Assembly: GCA_902793695.1 (NCBI GenBank) | Contig: CADBEI010000002.1 | Coordinates: 10,771 to 74,770, forward strand | DNA length: 64,000 nt | Source of the DNA: an uncultured Pseudomonadota bacterium | Lineage (GTDB): Bacteria; Pseudomonadota; Alphaproteobacteria; RF32; CAG-239 | Reading direction: 5' to 3' | In this document: positions 58,023 through 64,000 of the stretch, piece by piece | Numbering within the stretch: position 1 is the first letter of the stretch | Layout of the letters: the number at the start of each line of letters is the position of its first letter | Notes under the pieces: model-generated | Seen by the model: only the letters and a program-made list of their open reading frames with translations | Told to the model about the DNA's origin: nothing | Database searches by the model: none | Made by a program: the position numbers and the translations under genes

Positions 58023-59085
58023 GGTTTTCTTTCAATAATTTGTTACGAATTTGCTCAGCGGCAATCATCGCCCGTTGCAGATAAAAACTTTGCATTATCA
58101 AATGATTCGGTATTGTTAAATTTTCCGGCGCTCCGTTACGCACCACAAACGGCTTGAGCTCGGCGGCTTTGCGCAAAGAATTGCTTAAATAAGTCCACTC
58201 GGTATACAGATTATGTTCCAAAATAACATCCTTAAAATCAAAGGCGATTGTATCGGTAATCTGCCACAAAGCAAAGGCATATCCTTTGCCGTAATAAAAC
58301 GCATCATCGGACGATGTATCTATCCAATCTGTTGCATGCTCTCTTTGCAAAGCCTCGTTGCGAAGCGTGATTTTTTGCAGATTTTTATTAATTTGCCGCA
58401 ACAAAATATCCAAATCTTTGGTTTGAGGCAGAAAAACGCCGTCCTTGGTGAAATTTTGCAACTCTTTGGCCGCCTTGCGATATTGAGCATTGGAAGACGG
58501 TGCCAGATTAAATTTTCCCCGATGTGCCATCAACCACACATCAGGAGGATAATTCAGCAGTTCATACGCCGCTTTTATATCATTTTTTTGTGCATCGGTA
58601 TTTTGCTCAAAGCGTCGAATTGCCGGTATCATCTCTTTTACACCGGAAACAATGCCGATTTGGAAATTAGGCATATTATCCAAAATCGAGGCCGGAAACA
58701 CAAACGGCAAATTAGGCGTCCACATTTTATCATCAACTTCGCGCTTGAGCAAATAAGACATTCCGTCAGTTGTTTCAAACATCGGCAAGCGTTTATCCGG
58801 CAATTTGTATTCGGCTGTAACATCCGTATTTTCCGCCAACATACTGCCGAAAAAATAATAAAAAAACAAAAATGACGGCAGAAAAATCGTGATAAATTTC
58901 CAATGCTTCATCACTTTTAAGGTTGCTTTTCTGATTTTGCGCAACTGCGGTAGCACTTTACGGATATATTGACGTATTGTGTTCCGTATTTTACCGAAGT
59001 CCGTGTTGCGCGCGGTTTGCAGCATTTTAACAGCTTTTTGGCGGATTTTAAGATATGAAATTTTTTGCCGGTTATTTTCAGCCAT
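58012..59085 (-). CDS. Conserved-looking membrane-anchored protein, unknown
   Basis: 357 aa with a basic N-terminus and one TM (FITIFLPSFLFFYYFFGSML). Overlaps murJ by 8 nt and nfu by 11 nt. Confidence 0.5.
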   Translation of the reverse strand: MAENNRQKISYLKIRQKAVKMLQTARNTDFGKIRNTIRQYIRKVLPQLRKIRKATLKVMKHWKFITIFLPSFLFFYYFFGSMLAENTDVTAEYKLPDKRLPMFETTDGMSYLLKREVDDKMWTPNLPFVFPASILDNMPNFQIGIVSGVKEMIPAIRRFEQNTDAQKNDIKAAYELLNYPPDVWLMAHRGKFNLAPSSNAQYRKAAKELQNFTKDGVFLPQTKDLDILLRQINKNLQKITLRNEALQREHATDWIDTSSDDAFYYGKGYAFALWQITDTIAFDFKDVILEHNLYTEWTYLSNSLRKAAELKPFVVRNGAPENLTIPNHLIMQSFYLQRAMIAAEQIRNKLLKENHAD

Positions 59086-60649
59086 GTTTTCTCCTTGCCA
59101 TATTCAATATCTGCCGAAAATCAATAATATGCAATATTTTACCCATTATCAGCAAAATTGCAAGTGCAATTATTCCCACAACCGCCAAACCGCCGAAAAG
59201 ACATATCTGTCGAGTAAGATATGACGGGAAATAATGTATAAGCGCGGCATTTGTGCACCAAGCACCGACACCCATTATCAGTGAAGCCAGTACAATTTTT
59301 GCAAACTGTATAAGCAGCGGACGCGTAAATTGCCAATATCCGCGCTTTTTAAGTCCGACAATATACTGTCCGAGCGAAACAAAAGCTGCTATGGTGGTAG
59401 CCATGGCAATTCCGACATGCCCGAACCACTGCATCAAAATAATGTTAAATATGAGATTGGTAACAAAAACCCAAAAACTGTATTTAACCGGTGTTACCGT
59501 GTCGCCGCGCGCAAAAAAGTTAGGCATCATGGCTTTGGCCAAAACGTAACACGGTAAACCTATGGAATAAGCAATTACGGCATAGGCGGTCATGCGGGCA
59601 TCTGCGGCATTAAAAGCACCGTGTTGAAACAAAAAAGTTACAATCGGTCGCGCCAAAACTATCAATAAAACCGCGGCCGGCAACGAAAGCAACAAGCCGT
59701 ATTCCACCGCCTGATTTTGTGTTGAACGAGCATTTTGCAAGTCTCCCGCTTTTAAATATTTGGAAAGTATCGGCAATAAAGCCACACTGATGGCGGCACC
59801 GACCACTCCGAGCGGCAACTGTTGCAAGCGATTGGCGTAATACAGCCAAGAAATTGCTCCGGTTCCGGCAAGCGATACCAAAATGGTATCAACTGCCATA
59901 TTGATTTGATAAATTCCGGCCCCGACAACCCCCGGTGCAATTCGCTTGAACAGGGTTTTAATCTCCGGATTACGCATAATTTTTGCAAGGTGCAAATACG
60001 GATGCAAAGCAACTCCGATATGCCGCAAATTAAAATAAAGCCACAACATTTCAAACACACCGGCAAGTGTAATACCCAAAGCAAAGCCGTGAGCGGCGGT
60101 CGGCATAAACGGTACCAAAACAAACGCAGACAAAATCATTGTTATGTTCAGAATTACCGGTGCAACTGCCGGTGCCGCAAATTTTTCAAACGAATTAAGT
60201 ATTCCACCCTGAAAAGATACAATGGAAATCAACAACAAAAACGGAAACGTGATACGGCAAAGTTCGACCGCCAACTCTATTTTGCCGGCATCATTATGAA
60301 ATCCCGGCGCCAAAATCGTTACCACATACGGCATCAACAGCTCAAACAAAATAACCAGCAGTCCGACAATTACCGCCAAAATCATCATCGCTTGTGCAGC
60401 AAAAAATACCGCCCGCTTTTTACCCTCACCCACCAATTTTTGGGAAAACAACGGCACAAATGCACTGGTAAAAGCCCCTTCGGCAAACAAACTGCGGAAC
60501 AAATTAGGCAATTTAAACGCCACCACAAAAGCATCTGCCATTGCCCCTGCTCCCATAAAATACGCCAACACCATATCGCGTACAAAACCTGTCACGCGGC
60601 TGATGAGCGTAAAACCGCCGAATGTGGCAATCGATTTAAATAAAGACAT
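59078..60649 (-). CDS. murJ: Lipid II flippase MurJ (MviN)
   Basis: The N-terminus SRVTGFVRDMVLAYFMGAGAMADAFVVAFKLPNLFRSLFAEGAFTSAFVP is diagnostic; 523 aa, polytopic. Confidence 0.9.
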   Translation of the reverse strand: MSLFKSIATFGGFTLISRVTGFVRDMVLAYFMGAGAMADAFVVAFKLPNLFRSLFAEGAFTSAFVPLFSQKLVGEGKKRAVFFAAQAMMILAVIVGLLVILFELLMPYVVTILAPGFHNDAGKIELAVELCRITFPFLLLISIVSFQGGILNSFEKFAAPAVAPVILNITMILSAFVLVPFMPTAAHGFALGITLAGVFEMLWLYFNLRHIGVALHPYLHLAKIMRNPEIKTLFKRIAPGVVGAGIYQINMAVDTILVSLAGTGAISWLYYANRLQQLPLGVVGAAISVALLPILSKYLKAGDLQNARSTQNQAVEYGLLLSLPAAVLLIVLARPIVTFLFQHGAFNAADARMTAYAVIAYSIGLPCYVLAKAMMPNFFARGDTVTPVKYSFWVFVTNLIFNIILMQWFGHVGIAMATTIAAFVSLGQYIVGLKKRGYWQFTRPLLIQFAKIVLASLIMGVGAWCTNAALIHYFPSYLTRQICLFGGLAVVGIIALAILLIMGKILHIIDFRQILNMARRKHG

Positions 60650-60752
60650 TTTACCGTTCCTCTTTTTAAGTTCAATTTATGCTGATTTTAAGCATATTTC
60701 GTAACAAAATAGTTACTTTTATCACAAATTGTAATTTTTTTTTCGATTTCCC

Positions 60753-61238
60753 TTGACAAAATATTTTATACATGTTAAAGTTAGACAAAAGGATGAAAAA
60801 ATTCATCAAATGTTGGCTTATAATTTAGGAATGAGAGATATGGAAAGAAAGGCAGATATATTCTCCATCGGCGGAGCAAAACTACTGGAAATGAACACTT
60901 CTTATGCTGTTCGTGAACATTCCGGCGCGTCCAAAGAATCGCTGGAAAGTGATTTTAGGATGCCGTTGACACCAATGAAAGATTACGCACAAGCGGTTGA
61001 AAAATATTCCGGTGCAAGTTTGGATGCGTTCAAAAATATTTTCAATCAAACGATGGTACCTATGCTAGAAGCAGTTAATGTTCCGTCTTTGCAGAATCCG
61101 CTGGTTAAGGCCATCGAGTGTGGCTTTGATAATCCGCTTATCGTCAACGGGCAAAACGAGGCTAAGGTTTTGGATAATGCCAAGGTAGCTAAATTGGAAC
61201 CGTTGAAAATCAATAAAGACCATGTTCGCTCCGCGTAA
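60753..61238 (+). CDS. Hypothetical protein (start uncertain: TTG 60753, ATG 60810/60831/60840)
   Basis: ORF followed by a good terminator. No motif recognised. Confidence 0.4.
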   Translation: MTKYFIHVKVRQKDEKIHQMLAYNLGMRDMERKADIFSIGGAKLLEMNTSYAVREHSGASKESLESDFRMPLTPMKDYAQAVEKYSGASLDAFKNIFNQTMVPMLEAVNVPSLQNPLVKAIECGFDNPLIVNGQNEAKVLDNAKVAKLEPLKINKDHVRSA

Positions 61239-61257
61239 TTATCAAAAAATTCAATTT

Positions 61258-61283
61258 AAGTCCGCTTCGGCGGGCTTTTTTTT
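61258..61283 (+). terminator. Intrinsic terminator
   Basis: AAGTCCGC-ttcg-GCGGGCTT followed by TTTTTT. Confidence 0.7.
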
Positions 61284-61449
61284 ATTAATTTATTTTGCAG
61301 ATTCCGCTTGCATTTCAAAAAATTATATGTTAGTAGTGTCAACGAAAAACGAATCGCTTTTATGTATGAGCCTGCGGGCAACCGTAGTAAAAGCACTGTA
61401 TTAATCCGCTTTGCCCAGCAAAGCACAGAGAAAAAGAAAGGAATATCCC

Positions 61450-61908
61450 ATGAGACATGGTGACGCACATAAAAAATTCAGTATGCCGAAAAGCCAAAGA
61501 AGAGCTTTGTTCTCAAATTTGACCGGTGCATTGTTGACACACGAACAAATCACAATCACGTTAACCCGTGCGAAAGAACTCAGAACTTTTGCCGACAAGA
61601 TGATTACCTTTGCGAAAAAGGGCGACCTCAACAGCCGTCGTTTGGCTGCCGGTTTCTTGCGCAACGATGAAGTTGTTTCCAAACTTTTCTCTACTTTGGC
61701 CGAACGTTATAAGGAACGCAACGGCGGTTATACCCGCGTGTTGAAGTCCGGTTTCCGTTACGGTGACTGCGCTCCGATGGCAATCATCGAGTTGGTTGAC
61801 CGCGATGTTAACGCCAAAGGTGCTAAAGACTTAGCTCGCGTAGCTGCCGAAAAAGCCGCTGCCGCCGAAGCCGAAAAAGCAGAGAGCGAAGTTGCGGAAA
61901 GCAAATAG
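61450..61908 (+). CDS. rplQ: 50S ribosomal protein L17
   Basis: [10 protein letters not shown]...[15 protein letters not shown]...[30 protein letters not shown]. The track ORF starts earlier (61411) but the canonical MRH start is at 61450. A/E/K-rich C-terminal tail. Confidence 0.95.
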   Translation: MRHGDAHKKFSMPKSQRRALFSNLTGALLTHEQITITLTRAKELRTFADKMITFAKKGDLNSRRLAAGFLRNDEVVSKLFSTLAERYKERNGGYTRVLKSGFRYGDCAPMAIIELVDRDVNAKGAKDLARVAAEKAAAAEAEKAESEVAESK

Positions 61909-61930
61909 TTTTCTAAACTGATTTATGAAA

Positions 61931-61959
61931 AACGCCGTTTAATTTGAACGGCGTTTTTT
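61931..61959. terminator. Bidirectional intrinsic terminator
   Basis: AACGCCGTT-taatttg-AACGGCGTT-TTTT, preceded by an A-run. Confidence 0.7.
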
Positions 61960-61984
61960 GTTGTGTTTTGCTGTGAGAGTGTTT

Positions 61985-62320
61985 TCAATAGCACCTGTCG
62001 TTGAGTTTGGAATACCAAGTACTGCCGGCGCCGTAACAATTTTTCTCTTTGGTTTGTTGTTGCGAACTATCGTTGGAAACATAGGCATTATAATACATAT
62101 ATCCGTGGAAGAACAAACCGCCGATTAATACCAGTATGCAAAGATTCATACATATATCTATGTAATCCGCCGCCAAATAAAGTATGGCAACCAACACGAT
62201 GAAATTAATGCGATTAAACACGACGGCATCATACAAATTGGCGCGATTGTGATATAAGTTGCACGCATAAAACACTATCAGCGCAACCAAAATCAAACCT
62301 CTGATTATTTTTTCAACCAT
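61985..62320 (-). CDS. Small membrane protein (3 predicted TM), unknown
   Basis: 111 aa with hydrophobic segments LILVALIVFYACNL, FIVLVAILYLAADYI and LCILVLIGGLFFHGY. Confidence 0.45.
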   Translation of the reverse strand: MVEKIIRGLILVALIVFYACNLYHNRANLYDAVVFNRINFIVLVAILYLAADYIDICMNLCILVLIGGLFFHGYMYYNAYVSNDSSQQQTKEKNCYGAGSTWYSKLNDRCY

Positions 62321-62478
62321 TTTAATCTCCTTTACCTCTTTATGATAAAGCAGAATTAATTAAAAAAACAATAAAAAACTTTATTTTTCAAATTGCTGTC
62401 AACTTATGACGATTATTTTATCGCTATTTTTAAGATAGTCCGTTGGAACTTATATTCGTCCCCCTGCCGCCAATAAAA

Positions 62479-62501
62479 AAACTCCCTGCATGATGGAGTT
62501 T
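62479..62501. terminator. Hairpin flanked by A-run and T-run (possible bidirectional terminator/insulator)
   Basis: aaaaaACTCC-ctgcatgat-GGAGTtttctt. Confidence 0.35.
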
Positions 62502-62704
62502 TCTTATTGGTGGTGTGGTTTGGCAAGTTTAAATTTAAAATATACAAACCATGGAAAATACCTTAATTTTCAATGCATTTATCTAAATAAAATATGAAAA
62601 TATTTTTAAATTTAATTGTTGCTGATTAGTGTACCTTTTTATTATGATAAAAGCGTATAACTTACTGAAAATACGTTGATAAATATAAATTAAGGTGGTC
62701 AATT

Positions 62705-62863
62705 TAAACCACCGTTTAAATCAATCACTTTTTTCATAAAATGGTAAAAAATTTTTAACAATCTCTCTAATCATTGCAAATATTGACTTAAGTGCACCTT
62801 TTGTTTTTCTATTCAGTTTGCAAAATGTTTGTTTTTCAGGCGATGAATTTAAACGGTGGTTTA
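62705..62863. repeat. Perfect 17-bp inverted repeat pair flanking a 125-bp AT-rich spacer
   Basis: 62705-62721 taaaccaccgtttaaat; 62847-62863 atttaaacggtggttta, the exact reverse complement. The left copy is also part of a local hairpin GGTGGT(62694-62699)/ACCACC(62708-62713). Confidence 0.85.
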
Positions 62864-62912
62864 TGTTACACTTAGACAAATGACAAAACAATTTTCAGGA
62901 AAGGACATCATC

Positions 62913-64000
62913 ATGAGTAAAACGCCAGTAGAAAAGTTTAATGAAGATGCAGAAAAATTAAAACAAAGAATAATAGAGAAAACAGGTAATCAACCACAAA
63001 AAGGGGATGATGGTTGCGTTTATATCTATGATAGTGATAAAGTCATATATAAGGAAAAACCTGGAGATTTTGTAGAAGGATATTACCGTATTAACCAAGA
63101 ACTCAGAATGAAAGATGATGAATATCATAAAATAATTCATTGGACTGATAGTACTACGACGAAGGAAATTTTATATTCCAATGGTATTGAACGTACTTTT
63201 GATAAAAATGATGTACTTCGTACAGAAACAATTGGTAATATAACTAAAAAATTTGATGAGGACAGTAAATTTATAGGAACTAGAGAAATAGATGCTGAAG
63301 GCAATAAAATTGAAAAAGATACAGATGGTAATATTTTATCAATTAAAGACAAGGATGGTAATATTAAATATTTTGAAAATGATCAATTGGTAGCAGAGGA
63401 ATTACCTAATCGTGTAACAAGAGAGTATCAACCAGATGCCAATGGTGAACCGCAATTAGTTCATGAATATCAGCAAAATGATAAGATAACCAGTTGGGGA
63501 TATCGAGAATCAGGTGTTGTCAAGTTGAAAGAGAAACAATGGGTTATTGATTCTGATAATAATCGTCAACTGATTTGGGATGTTGAAAGAGATGAAAGTA
63601 ATCATCCCACAAAAGAACAAAAATGGGAACTAGATTCAAAAAATCAAAGAAGATTGGTTTATAGTTTTGAACTTGGAGAGGATAACTATCGTAAAAGTTT
63701 ACAAAAGTGGAATTTAACTACTGATGATAAACTGATTCTACGAGAAAAAATAGATTTTGATCATAATGAACAACGATGGGATGAAAAAGGTATTCTGGTG
63801 TGGGAAGATCGAGCTGTTGGTTATAGTACTATTACTTATCGTTATGAACGTGTTAATGATTGTGAATTTTTACGTGATCCTGAAGATAGGAAAAACAATA
63901 AACGTTGTTTTCAATTCAAGTATAAAGATATTACTTTTGAAGAATTTGATTCCACAGAACCAGGAACTGCATATTCGTACATAATATCCCAAAATGGTAT
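62913..64000 (+). CDS. Partial ORF (>=362 codons, runs off the window) in AT-rich DNA; repeat-containing protein, unknown
   Basis: Not in the ORF track. I translated it by hand from the ATG at 62913 (RBS AGGAAAGGA, 7 nt upstream) to 64000 with no stop: MSKTPVEKFNEDAEKLKQRIIEKTGNQPQKGDDGCVYIYDSDK...IDAEGNKIEKDTDGNILSIKDKDGNIKYF...QKWELDSKNQRRLVYSF... The track ORFs 62958..63140(-), 63137..63352(-) and 63757..63984(+) overlap it and look spurious. Confidence 0.6.
   Translation, partial: MSKTPVEKFNEDAEKLKQRIIEKTGNQPQKGDDGCVYIYDSDKVIYKEKPGDFVEGYYRINQELRMKDDEYHKIIHWTDSTTTKEILYSNGIERTFDKNDVLRTETIGNITKKFDEDSKFIGTREIDAEGNKIEKDTDGNILSIKDKDGNIKYFENDQLVAEELPNRVTREYQPDANGEPQLVHEYQQNDKITSWGYRESGVVKLKEKQWVIDSDNNRQLIWDVERDESNHPTKEQKWELDSKNQRRLVYSFELGEDNYRKSLQKWNLTTDDKLILREKIDFDHNEQRWDEKGILVWEDRAVGYSTITYRYERVNDCEFLRDPEDRKNNKRCFQFKYKDITFEEFDSTEPGTAYSYIISQNG

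Noticed and set aside
58213-60643. Plus-strand ORFs 58213..58875 (220 aa) and 59822..60643 (273 aa)
   Set aside because: They are antisense to the membrane protein gene and to murJ. The translations are K/R/Q/N/H-rich junk, while the murJ frame has diagnostic motifs.
114-61908. Upstream-extended starts given in the ORF track (1124, 18350, 19706, 27747, 30918, 33790, 40169, 56614, 61411)
   Set aside because: In each case the extension overlaps the preceding gene or uses TTG. An internal ATG with a good RBS yields a proper signal peptide or the canonical N-terminus (e.g. MRH... for L17).
62455-62475. tRNA 3'-end-like string ...ttcgtccccctgccgcca
   Set aside because: No complementary T-stem or acceptor partner is present upstream, so it is not a tRNA or an obvious tRNA fragment.
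62339-62654. Near-direct repeat ttatgataaagc / ttatgataaaagc (62339-62351 and 62642-62654) as possible att/target-site duplication of an island
   Set aside because: The repeat is short, imperfect and in extremely AT-rich DNA, so chance similarity is likely. No integrase or tRNA is adjacent.

Overview
The window reads as chromosomal DNA of a moderately AT-rich, alphaproteobacterium-like organism. That is an inference from the L17, Nfu, UvrA, TyrS and MurJ sequences; no database search was possible. It falls into three blocks. (1) 114-28111, minus strand: one tightly coupled virB-like type IV secretion (T4SS) operon. In transcription order it encodes three VirB2-like pilin paralogs, an extra secreted ORF, VirB3 and VirB4. 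Six Sec-signal proteins (one ~1790 aa) follow, where VirB5/VirB6 normally sit. Then come VirB8, a VirB7-like lipoprotein, a second VirB8, and a VirB9 with a C-terminal SPOR-like domain. Next is a 1411-aa membrane-anchored protein built from more than 50 copies of a ~10-residue D-x-x-G-N-x-I-G unit. The operon ends with a 1400-aa VirB10 whose first ~1000 residues carry the same repeat family, and VirB11. No VirB6, VirB1, VirD4 or relaxase is recognisable in the window. (2) 28541-40089: a type IVb-pilus/T2SS-like cluster diverges from the same ~430-bp control region. It has a TcpQ/PilL-like lipoprotein, a lipoprotein secretin, PilO/PilP-position proteins, a GspE/PilB ATPase, a GspF/PilC platform, an atypical pilin-like protein and a convergent PilT/DotB-like ATPase. 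(3) 40.2-62.3 kb: housekeeping genes. These are an MsbA-like ABC exporter, an S66 LD-carboxypeptidase, queH, uvrA with a lesion removing its first Walker A, an XRE regulator, tyrS, anmK, a GldA/F/G-like ABC system, a CDF transporter, an orphan histidine kinase, Nfu, murJ and an isolated rplQ. The last ~1.7 kb is visibly more AT-rich and carries an ORF (62913 to window end) that the ORF track misses because it has no stop in the window. I saw no rRNA, tRNA, CRISPR, transposase or integrase. The atypical T4SS with its giant repeat proteins, paired with the pilus cluster, is the best candidate for something undescribed. All family calls rest on motifs recognised by eye and need HMM or structure confirmation.
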